Part shown: one piece after another, positions 33,950-44,011 of the stretch
How the letters are laid out: every line of letters begins with the position of its first letter
How positions within the stretch are numbered: position 1 is the stretch's first letter
Source of the DNA: an uncultured Hormoscilla sp.
Lineage (GTDB): Bacteria; Cyanobacteriota; Cyanobacteriia; Cyanobacteriales; Desertifilaceae
Assembly (NCBI GenBank): GCA_963921275.4
Contig: OZ001293.3
Location: 2,688,001 to 2,752,000 of the forward strand
Length of the DNA stretch: 64,000 nt
Reading direction: 5' to 3'
Notes under the pieces: generated by a model
Database searches by the model: none
Told to the model about the DNA's origin: nothing
Seen by the model: only the letters and a program-made list of their open reading frames with translations
Program-made: the position numbers and the translations under genes

Positions 33950-35885
33950 CGGAAAATAGTAGGGTAAGAATAAGAGCAAGGGCTAGTATTGTGCTCATGT
34001 TTATGAATCAACAAGTATCACGCAAGTTGGCGTTAGGGGATATTAGATCGCGTCAGGGCATGGCTGCACGCTACGCTGGGGGATGGGAGCTGCTGGTTTT
34101 CGCTCAATTCAGGTATTCTGGCAATGACATGAAGATTATGAACAACCGCTACCGGACGAAGGTCAAACAAATTTTTTCGCCTGACAATATAGCGGGCTTG
34201 ATTTCAACTGCCTTTATCCTACATGAGCAAGAGAATGTTCGACAGCGGTTAGACGAGCGTAGTTTGGCTCGTCCAGATGATGTCATCTGATCGCGCTGCC
34301 CATGGCTGGGCCACGCTACGCTCCGGGGGCGCAGCCATAGCTCTCGCAATTCCTGGCAATATTGTCTCATCCGGATGGATAGAAACACTGGGACGGTTTT
34401 TGCTAGTCGTGCAGGGAGCCTGTAAGGGGCAGACAGCACACGGGAAACTTCACAACTTTACCTGGAGAAAATGGAAGAGTTATTTGATTAGGACATAAGA
34501 TAGAAAAATTATTCCCGTCAAGTACCAAAGCCGTTTTGTCAAAATTCTTGACATTTCTTACAGGCCAAGCTTGGCAAAATATTTGTCAATTTTCCTTCAT
34601 TAACGCATCTACTACTCAAATAAGCGCCATCGATATGTAACTCTACCATCTCTTGGTTTTGCGATTTTAAGTCGCTATCGAGCGACTCCACTACTATCGC
34701 TTCTGCTTCATTGGCAGCAGTTATCCTGACAGCTCGAATTACTCCTAAATCTAAATCTGTCAAAACATGACGTTTGTAGCCATCTCCCGAGTTGACTACG
34801 ATGTCTCCTGTGTGCCGTATCCCTTGCGGGAGCGCAGCCATGTCCCCTGGGACAAGAGCAAGGAGCAGAGATATCGAAGGCTTTTACGTCCATGACCCAT
34901 TTCTGGATCTTCTATAGAAATCCGCCGATTTGGCGTAACTCCTTTTTTGAGGACAGGTTTGCCTGATGTGTTAACTGTCACGTCTTGCTCAATAATGCTG
35001 TTCTCCGATTTCCAGGGTTTTCAGCACTGGCTTCCTCGGGTCAGATAGCATAGCGCTGCCCATGGCTGGGCCACGCTACGCTCCGGGGGGCGCAGCCATG
35101 CTAATTTTTTTTTCAATCAATGCCTCGACAGAATCAAAAGTATTGAGCAGAATTTCTAGTGCTTGCGAAGGTTCATTTAAGTCATCCCAGTTTAAGGACA
35201 ATGCCGCTTTAATAGAAGACCCTAATACTATTTCAGCTCCCCTTGACTTGGCAATATATTCTTGCATAAGTTCCTTGAGTGGCAGCCATCAATCGCCTTT
35301 TTTAGGGTGTGACAAACGCCAATTCTATGTATCCTCTACTTTGCCTGCTCCCCACAAAGGCAAAGAATCCAATAGCGTGGCCCATGGCTGGGCCGCGCTA
35401 CGGGGGGCGCAGCCATAGCCGCCCGCAATTTTCCTGAACCCAAGCCTCGTTTTTCTTTAGCAATCTCTACCCTTCCCTCCATTAAACGTCAGTCTAGTCC
35501 AAAATCAATGATTTTTTGTCGAAACTTGACAAAAGTCCCTTTACTAAAAGGAGGTTTTTACAATGTACCAATTGCCCGGAGCCGATTTTTCCGGAACGGT
35601 GCCATCACCAAGACTTCAATTACTTCATCATCCTCCCGTATTTGTAATATCAAAGCTAAAGCTAGTTGTGCCCGGGGGACTGGACATTTGCCTAGGGTGC
35701 TGTCGTTAAAGATTTCAGCTAATTCTAATTGAAGTTCATCTGAGAATAATTCATGACGGTTTAGGCCGAGAAATGCGATCGCGTAGCGTGGCGCAGCCAT
35801 AGAGTTTTGCTTTAGTAGATGCTCGCGATAATTTCTGATTCATCTGGTGACAGTTCAACCGGCGGATTCCAATTCCGTTCGCCCA
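33950..35885 (-). mobile_element. Heavily degraded IS1182-like transposase pseudogene invaded by micro-repeats
   Basis: Fragments RHELFSDELQLEL..AQLALALILQ, RRISIEDPEMGHGRKS, DGYKRHVL, ELHIDGAYL; boundaries approximate. Confidence 0.75.
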
Positions 35886-36124
35886 TCGCCTATCGCGTAG
35901 CGTGGCGCAGCCATGGGTGGCGCAGCCATGGGTGGCGCAGCCATGGACCCATAAGCAAAACCTCTAATAACGTCATTTGTTATACTACTGAAGAGTGAGA
36001 AATCCGAATGGGAATACTACCTCTTCCTCTAGCTGAAACTCTTGCAGGGAGTCGCTTACAGCCGGACGGAGTCCCTTTATTATCTCATCGTCGGTCTCGC
36101 GGGCCCAAACCCGCTTCCATGCTT

Positions 36125-37035
36125 GGTCGGGGTCGAGCTAGGAATCGCTCCCCAACCCTCCAAGAGCGAAACCGTGCTTGCGACTTTCACCGCACACGGC
36201 TACTGGTTACCAGGTCCTTGTCATGGATAGGCTTTATAGGGGTTACCCACCGTAGGCCCTTACTGTCTACTTGTTGGCTCCTTCTATGTGCAGGTCAGCG
36301 AGCGGTTGTCAAGGAACCTGTGGTCTCTCGCCTAGTTTATATCGCCGTCCGACGGCAGTCACCCTGTTTCACCTACACCTTCACTCATACCTCCATCAGT
36401 CCCCGAGGGGTCCAAATCGGGCTCATAATATATGTGGAGTTACTAATCTGAACAGCATCCTGGTATATCCGTCCCACGTCAGCGTCCTTGTGGACATCAC
36501 CGGGATTGCTCCGGGCGTTATCCCAGGCATTACCCTGGGCATTTGCTTTTTGGGACATCCCTCCTCCCGTGGCTTGCGCTTAATATCTAACTTGTCTAGC
36601 CGGTCGAGACCAGACAGCACACGAGAGGTTACTTCGTTCCTTGATGTCATTTCACGATATCTTTAGGTCCGTACTATTCCCCGACAGTCTTTCGGATACA
36701 TGACTAGCCACTGCCCAAAGCTAGCCCTGACTGCTTCCCCTTTTGGGGCCAGCGTATATAGCCTTATTCCGCTGGTTTTGGTTAACGAGGTTTTTATACG
36801 TTCGCTTGTTCTAACCTTGGATATCTTTCCTAGCGGAGTCACCGATTTAGGCTACCAGCTATCCTACATTTGAGTCCTCGCTCAGCACCACGGTGATATC
36901 GCTCCGCAGCACCTCCGACCGGTGTCAACCCTGCATCTGGGCGGGAGGAATTTAACCCCCATGAACATCAAAGTTCCCGGTTGATGTAACCGGTCGCTCA
37001 TGACCTGTTGCGGGTCATTTACGAACGAATCGCAC
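36125..37035 (-). mobile_element. ORF-less group II intron (copy 2)
   Basis: 5' GTGCGATTCGTT; DV GTAGCCGTGTGCGGTGAAAGTCGCAAGCACGGTTT; ends CGACCCCGACC; EBS1 GGGCAG pairs with flank CTGCTC. Confidence 0.9.
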
Positions 37036-37065
37036 GAGCAGTTATCCAATCGCATATCGTAGCGT

Positions 37066-37572
37066 GCAGCCATGGGTGGCGCAGCCATAGAACTTGGCAC
37101 TATCCAGTATAAGTACATAGGCAAAATTATTTTTATATTTTTCCTAGCCGTCAATTTCCGTATCCCTACGGGAGCGCAGCCATGAAGTTAAATCCCTGAA
37201 AGCCTTATGAGATATGGCTTGAGCGCCCACCCTGCCCGTTCGCGCTTTTCCACAAATAGAAAAATCATTTTGCACAACTACTTACTACATTGATTTGATT
37301 ATAGCACGTCCGTATTCAGCAGCCATGGGTGGCGCAGCCATAGAACTTGGCACTATCCAGTATAAGTACATAGGCAAAATTATTTTTATATTTTTCCTAG
37401 CCGTCAATTTCCGTATCCCTACGGGAGCGCAGCCATGAAGTTAAATCCCTGAAAGCCTTATGAGATATGGCTTGAGCGCCCACCCTGCCCGTTCGCGCTT
37501 TTCCACAAATAGAAAAATCATTTTGCACAACTACTTACTACATTGATTTGATTATAGCACGTCCGTATTCAG
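37066..37572. repeat. 253-bp tandem duplication
   Basis: 37066-37319 repeated at 37319-37572. Confidence 0.92.
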
Positions 37573-38135
37573 TTGTGTTCATTCCGTAGTGAGTGTGGAG
37601 CCTCGCGGCCAATAAGGTCGGAAGGGTATTTTCCAGATAATGGCTGTCAAACTCACTCTTTGTACCCTACTTTCCCCACGACTGTATTGCGTAAATATTG
37701 CTTGATTGGGGTAGCTTTGCCAACATCTCTCGGGATCTGGATAAATTTTCTACCTTGCTCTTTACCAAAATTCCCATAATTTACGTACTACCAGATATTA
37801 ACAGTGCAGTATTTGGGAGGTTTGGCCTATGACTAGATATGTTACAAAGTGAAGTGTGGAATGTGGATTGGACATATGACCACTTTTTTCATAACTGGTG
37901 CAGGTTTGGGACGCCGTACCCCCCCACAGGATAAGGATTTCAGTCCCCAGACAAGATAACAACTCGCTACTGACGTCTCCAGATGCATTGAGATAGCAAT
38001 TTTGTCAATCGTTTCCACTTGACCGACGCTCTAGGGCATCGGTCAAGTAGAAGCTAGAAACCGGGTCTCGGAGTGCCGCTATTAACGAGATATCAATGAT
38101 CTGACCCTTAGTTACTCGGTATCAGTACCGACGTT

Positions 38136-39125
38136 CTAGGTTTGAGATTCCAGATTTTGAACTGACTCGATTAGCGATCGCACCTGTGCAGTTCCTAAAG
38201 AAGGCTCAAAGGAAAGTGGGAATTTTCCCCGTGCTAGCATCCGTAACCCTAGTGGTCCTAGACCGATCAGCCCTTGCATGTCTCGGAAGTAATTTCCTAC
38301 TACCCGCAGGCCAAACTTGCGCTCATCCACCCAGCCGCCTTTTTTGACCAGGTCTATTAACACCTTCCGATGGCGAATTGGCCGACTGGCTTGGTCGTCT
38401 GTGCGTGAGAGTATTTCACTTTTAATTTTGCCAATTTTATCCATCGGCGCCACACCCATGGGACAGACATTATTGCAGTAATAACAACGAGTGCAACCCC
38501 ACACCCCCTGAGTAGTCTGGGTTAATTTGGACAAGCGCTGTTCGGTGTCGGCGTCTCGATTGTCGGCCACCATCCGGTAAGCTTTAGCTAGGGCGTGGGG
38601 TCCGACAAATTCTGGGTTCACTTCTACTGCATTGCACTCGGAATAGCAGGCTCCGCACATGATACAATTTCCTGTCTGGTCGAGCTGTGCTCTTGCTTGA
38701 GGTGTCTGTAAAAACTCACGCTCTGGCAGATCCCTTGCTTTAGTACTGACATAGGGGTCTAGTTTCTGGAGATTGTCCCAGAAACTACTCATATCCACTA
38801 CCAGATCCTTGATCGCTGGCATATTGCCCATCGGTGCTATGGTAATCTCTGGAATTGAGTCTGCCGAATCGGGAACTGAAGGTGCCAGAAAACTGCCGAC
38901 ATTCTCTTTACAAGCCAGGGCTGTAATACCATTAATACCCATGGCGCAGCTACCACAAATGGTATTGCGGCAATTTTTCCGAAATGCTAGAGTTCCATCT
39001 TGAGTCCACTTAATCTGATTCAGGCAGCTCAAGATAGTCTGACTTGTTTCGGCATCTAGGCGGTAAGTCTGTATCCGCCTATTGCTATTTTGTTCGCTGC
39101 GGACTACCTTAAAATTTATTTCCAT
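38136..39125 (-). CDS. sdhB: Succinate dehydrogenase/fumarate reductase iron-sulfur subunit
   Basis: NCRNTICGSC, CIMCGACYSEC, CTRCYYCNNVCP. Confidence 0.95.
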   Translation of the reverse strand: MEINFKVVRSEQNSNRRIQTYRLDAETSQTILSCLNQIKWTQDGTLAFRKNCRNTICGSCAMGINGITALACKENVGSFLAPSVPDSADSIPEITIAPMGNMPAIKDLVVDMSSFWDNLQKLDPYVSTKARDLPEREFLQTPQARAQLDQTGNCIMCGACYSECNAVEVNPEFVGPHALAKAYRMVADNRDADTEQRLSKLTQTTQGVWGCTRCYYCNNVCPMGVAPMDKIGKIKSEILSRTDDQASRPIRHRKVLIDLVKKGGWVDERKFGLRVVGNYFRDMQGLIGLGPLGLRMLARGKFPLSFEPSLGTAQVRSLIESVQNLESQT

Positions 39126-40284
39126 GTTCGCCAGACTTAGATTGCTGAAAATACCTACTATTCTACCCTTTCGGGCCGACCGCAAGCACCCGGAGCGACT
39201 ATTTGTCCGTCAGGTTGTCCCTTGCGGAAGCTAGTCTAGAGCAGTTCGTCTTGTATTTTTGCTCTCAGACTCAATCACCTGCTATAGGGTATGCTGCTGA
39301 CAACCTCGGGAGCATCTCACTTTGGCAATAAGTACAAATGCTCAGATAAAGTCCCTTTTGAGATCAGCACAACGTTGCCTCAAGACTTGATTAACATTTT
39401 CGGATTTCCTAAGAGCACCCTCAAGCTTGATTCTCTGAGCGATGCGCTTAAGCGTCTCAGAGACGGCTCCTGAACCAATACAGATTTCTGCCAGGAAGGT
39501 ACTGGCAATAATCAGGAAGATGAGAGAAGTCCGGTGTGACTTGAGGTGCTGGTTTAATATGGTCTGGGAGTCTCAAGTGAGATGGCCGCGAAATAAAAAA
39601 ATAAAATATTTGGTCATTTATATCAGAATTAAGGCTATATTTTATATAATACTCAGAGAATACCCATTACCCTAAAAAACAGGGGATGCCAGGTGGTTTC
39701 CATAAATCAGCAAAATAGATGTTGACGCTGAACAGCTTCTCTATGGTATTCTAGAAAATGCAACTTGGAGCATAGTCAATCGCGTTAGTTGGAATCGGTA
39801 GTAACCCAACATCCCCCCTAGGCTAAAACCCAGGTTTGGACTTTTCTGGTGCAACTTGCAGGCTGTGTCTCCCCTTTTGTGCGGGCAGCGCTCCCGGGAG
39901 ACACAGCCTGTGTTGGCTGGCCCAGAAAGTCGGTAAAATGGAGATCCTCGGACGGCTATAGGTAAGGGGTTGATCACCTCAAAATCCAGGCTGTCAGAGG
40001 GATATAGTCGTAGTCAGATCCCAAAGGCTTCGATATCTTCTGGGAGCGCTACCCGCACTACCCAGAAGATATCGAGGAGAAATTTTTCTCAATCAGTCTT
40101 TGTGATGTTAGCTAAAATTGCACAAAGGATACCGGTGTAAGGTGTTGCTAACAGAATTGGGGCCATGGCTAACACCACGAAGGAGCGATAAACCCAGGAT
40201 GTGGGCAAAGTTGTGCTCCAGGGTTGGGCTTGACATCAAGTTGACTTACAATCTAAAGAGAAACGAGGAATTAAGGTATAAGTG

Positions 40285-40758
40285 ATGAGTGAAAAAGCAA
40301 AAACAGCCCTGACGGGAAAGGCCCTACTGCAAAAAGTAAAAGAACTCTCAGACAAACCGAGGCGAGAAACAGCAAAGAGCTGTGGATATTACACGACCAC
40401 AAAATCAGGCCAGACCCGTGTGAATTTAACAGATTTTTATGATGCGGTGCTGGCAGCAAAGGGAGTTGCATTAGAGCCGGAAGGCTCAAAAGATGGTCGG
40501 GGCCGAGAGCCAACTTATCGGGTGAGTGTCCACAAAAATGGTCAAATTGTCATTGGCTCGACCTACACCTCGGTGATGGGATTGGAAAAGGGTGATGAGT
40601 TTGAAATTAAGCTGGGCTACAAGCATATTCACCTGATTCAGATAGAAAATCCAGAGAATACAGAGAAAAATGGTAGCCTACCAGCGAGTGAGAACAATGA
40701 TAGCCAACTAGCGGCTGAAAACGAAGAGCCAGAGACTGTGGCAGTAGAAGCGTCATAA
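40285..40758 (+). CDS. Cyanobacterial AbrB-like transcriptional regulator
   Basis: LTGKALLQKVKEL, GRGREPTYRVSVHKNGQIVIG, FEIKLGYKHIHL. Confidence 0.93.
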   Translation: MSEKAKTALTGKALLQKVKELSDKPRRETAKSCGYYTTTKSGQTRVNLTDFYDAVLAAKGVALEPEGSKDGRGREPTYRVSVHKNGQIVIGSTYTSVMGLEKGDEFEIKLGYKHIHLIQIENPENTEKNGSLPASENNDSQLAAENEEPETVAVEAS

Positions 40759-41162
40759 TTTAAGCATGGCTGATGCCACCAGGCTGGAAACCCGCTCTCC
40801 GGGATCGGCTCTCTGAGCTATTATACTTTGCTCACCTCTATACTTTGCTTATCGGGCGCAAGAGGCTCTACTATAGTGAGCCTAAATCATTTGTGCAACC
40901 CTTCTGGGGGATCAGCGCTGAAACCCTTGCAGAGTAATGATTTCAGCAAACCCCTATAGCACAACTCCTGCACGGCTTGCTATATAGGGCTCAGTAGCTG
41001 GGTTGATTGGGTGGCAAAGTATAGCCTATGCTAGCTGCTGCGCAGCACTTCGTATTCTGCAGTTGGAAGGTCAAAAGCGATCGCCCCGATCTAGACGATC
41101 GGGGCGATCGCTTTTGATTCGCATCGGATATTTCCGGAACGTAAGTAGTAAGCAGTCAGTAG

Positions 41163-41345
41163 GGCGTTGCACATTTTGGGGATGATGGTTGCGACGATAC
41201 CAATTCTCAATTCCCAATTCCCAATTTCAAATTCAAATAAGATCTAAACAGCCAGATATAGATATTTATCACCAGAACAGATGCTGGTCACTCGCCCTGG
41301 TACGTGGTCACTTATCACTTATCATCCCGTCCGAAGTGCAACGCC
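41163..41345. mobile_element. MITE with GGCGTTGCAC termini (second copy 54495-54607)
   Basis: TIR GGCGTTGCAC/GTGCAACGCC; 8-bp TSDs GTCAGTAG here and GATAAATT at 54495-54607. Confidence 0.85.
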
Positions 41346-42014
41346 GTCAGTAGTAATTAGACGAGATGCTTTCCATTCCCAGAGATAAAGAGTGAACCTG
41401 TAATTTCCGTCAAACGCCGGTGAAAGCAGTCAAGGCCAAGAGGGTCTATGACTGAGGGTGCTGCCCAGTGAGAATAGTACGGATACTGAAGGGGAAAGCT
41501 GGACTGCTTGAGGCGGTCAGGACAACCCCGATCGCCCAGAACCCCCCTGGGGCGATCGCCATCACCAAGACCCCACTAGCAACTAAATGAGAATAGAGTC
41601 ATAGTTAAATGAGAAAAATTGAGGTTAGATTACCGCCAGTTCTACCAATAAAAATCTGGTGGGGTGTGGGTAAATGCTCTAGAACTGCCGGCGCTTTGCC
41701 ATAGAGATGGAAACAGAACCAGTGCCGGCACATATCGGCTGATTCTGGTTGCAGCGCTAATCCTGGCAAGACTAACAGGCGGACTTCTGGTTTGGTCATT
41801 AGTCCGGACCGATCGCTAACCGCAAAGCTTTGGGCCCAAATCGGATGGCTGGGCAGTCTCATAATTATATAAGATTTTGCTCATAAAAGCTCAAAATCTC
41901 TGATTTTTGGAGGAGATCGGGGGAGAAGGGGGAAAAATCTGTAATGATCGTTAACATAGGAATTAATAAAACATTTAAAAGTTTTACAGAACCCAAACAG
42001 GAGGATGGAACTCG

Positions 42015-43853
42015 GTGAATAAACGGTGGAGAAACGCGGGACTGTACGCGCTGCTAGCAATTGCGGTGATTGCATTGGCAACAGCTTTGTTTGACAAACC
42101 CCCCCAAGCTAGGGAGACATGGCGATACAGTCGGTTAATTTCGGAAGTCGAAAATCAGAAAGTTGATAATATCAGCATCAGCGCCGATCGGTCAAAAGCC
42201 CTGGTGACGGCGGAAGACGGCACCAAAATTATGGTTAACCTACCGTTCGACCGGGATCTGCTCGACATTTTAACTCGGAACAATGTGGACATTGCGGTGT
42301 TGCCCCAAAGTGATGATGGGATGTGGATGCGGGCGCTGAGCAGTCTGTTTGTGCCGATTATACTGGTGGTTGGTCTGTTCTTTCTGCTGCGACGGGCTCA
42401 AAATGGACCGGGTTCTCAGGCAATGAACTTTGGCAAGTCGAAAGCGAGAGTGCAGATGGAGCCCCAAACCCAGGTCACTTTTGGTGATGTGGCTGGGATT
42501 GAGCAGGCGAAACTGGAACTGAATGAAGTTGTCGATTTCCTGAAAAATGCTGACAGGTTCACGGCTGTAGGGGCGAAGATTCCTAAGGGGGTGCTGCTAG
42601 TAGGCCCTCCTGGTACGGGTAAGACTCTGCTGGCAAAAGCTGTAGCTGGTGAGGCGGGCGTTCCTTTCTTCTCTATCTCTGGTTCGGAGTTCGTGGAGAT
42701 GTTCGTCGGTGTTGGTGCTTCCCGAGTCCGAGACCTGTTTGAACAAGCTAAGCAGAATGCTCCTTGTATCGTGTTTATTGATGAAATTGATGCGGTGGGA
42801 CGTCAGCGAGGTGCTGGTTTAGGTGGCGGAAACGATGAACGGGAGCAAACTCTCAATCAGCTGCTGACGGAAATGGACGGGTTTGAAGGTAATACGGGAA
42901 TTATCATTATTGCGGCGACTAACCGCCCAGATGTTTTGGATGCGGCCCTGCTGCGCCCTGGTCGGTTCGATCGCCAGGTGGTGGTCGATCGCCCTGATTA
43001 TGCGGGGCGTTTGGAAATTCTCAATGTGCATTCTCGTGGTAAGACTCTGTCTAAGGATGTGGAACTGGAAAAGATTGCCCGTCGGACCCCTGGGTTTACG
43101 GGGGCTGATTTGTCGAATTTACTCAATGAAGCGGCAATCTTGGCGGCCCGTCGTAATCTGACGGAAATCTCTATGGATGAGATTAATGATGCGATCGACC
43201 GAGTTCTGGTAGGACCGGAGAAGAAAGACCGGGTGATGAGCGAGAAGCGCAAGACTTTGGTGGCTTATCATGAAGCGGGTCATGCTTTGGTGGGTGCTCT
43301 GATGCCAGATTATGACCCGGTACAGAAGATTAGCATTATTCCGCGCGGTCGCGCTGGGGGCCTGACCTGGTTTACTCCCAGTGAAGATCGGATAGATTCG
43401 GGTTTGTATAGCCGTTCTTATCTGCAAAATCAGATGGCGGTGATCTTGGGAGGTCGCATTGCCGAAGAAATTATCTTCGGTGAAGAGGAAGTGACTACGG
43501 GTGCTTCTAATGATTTGCAGCAGGTGGCCCGGGTGGCCCGTCAGATGGTGACCCGGTTTGGCATGAGCGATCGCCTAGGTCCTGTGACTCTGGGTCGTCA
43601 GCAAGGTAATATGTTCTTAGGTCGCGATATCGCGGCAGAACGGGATTTCTCTGAGGAAACTGCGGCGGCGATCGATGATGAAGTCCGCAATTTGGTTGAC
43701 CAAGCTTATCGTCGTGCTAAGAATGTTCTGGTGAATAATCGTCAAGTTCTCGATCAGCTGGCCCAATCTTTGGTGGATAAGGAAACTGTTGATGCTGAAG
43801 AACTGCAGCAGATGCTCACTTCCAATCAGGTGCAGATGGCCGCGATCGCCTAA
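42015..43853 (+). CDS. ftsH: ATP-dependent zinc metalloprotease FtsH
   Basis: [23 protein letters not shown]. Confidence 0.98.
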   Translation: MNKRWRNAGLYALLAIAVIALATALFDKPPQARETWRYSRLISEVENQKVDNISISADRSKALVTAEDGTKIMVNLPFDRDLLDILTRNNVDIAVLPQSDDGMWMRALSSLFVPIILVVGLFFLLRRAQNGPGSQAMNFGKSKARVQMEPQTQVTFGDVAGIEQAKLELNEVVDFLKNADRFTAVGAKIPKGVLLVGPPGTGKTLLAKAVAGEAGVPFFSISGSEFVEMFVGVGASRVRDLFEQAKQNAPCIVFIDEIDAVGRQRGAGLGGGNDEREQTLNQLLTEMDGFEGNTGIIIIAATNRPDVLDAALLRPGRFDRQVVVDRPDYAGRLEILNVHSRGKTLSKDVELEKIARRTPGFTGADLSNLLNEAAILAARRNLTEISMDEINDAIDRVLVGPEKKDRVMSEKRKTLVAYHEAGHALVGALMPDYDPVQKISIIPRGRAGGLTWFTPSEDRIDSGLYSRSYLQNQMAVILGGRIAEEIIFGEEEVTTGASNDLQQVARVARQMVTRFGMSDRLGPVTLGRQQGNMFLGRDIAAERDFSEETAAAIDDEVRNLVDQAYRRAKNVLVNNRQVLDQLAQSLVDKETVDAEELQQMLTSNQVQMAAIA

Positions 43854-44011
43854 TAGAGGCCCTAAAAGATGGCCCCCTACCTGGTTTCTCAACTTTCACA
43901 ACTGATTTGGAATTGCTATACAATCATGGCGAGATGCAATCAGCGGGCGATCACGCTATTTATTGATCCTATGCTTCTCGGCGGTGACGAACTTCTAGGA
44001 TGTTGATGATG

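Noticed and set aside
36008..37154. Small ORFs in and around intron copy 2 as intron cargo
   Set aside because: They overlap structured RNA domains and are not conserved in the other three copies
41605..41862. 85-aa ORF with faint CbiT/CbiE-like words
   Set aside because: Too fragmentary to call without a search; may be a pseudogene remnant
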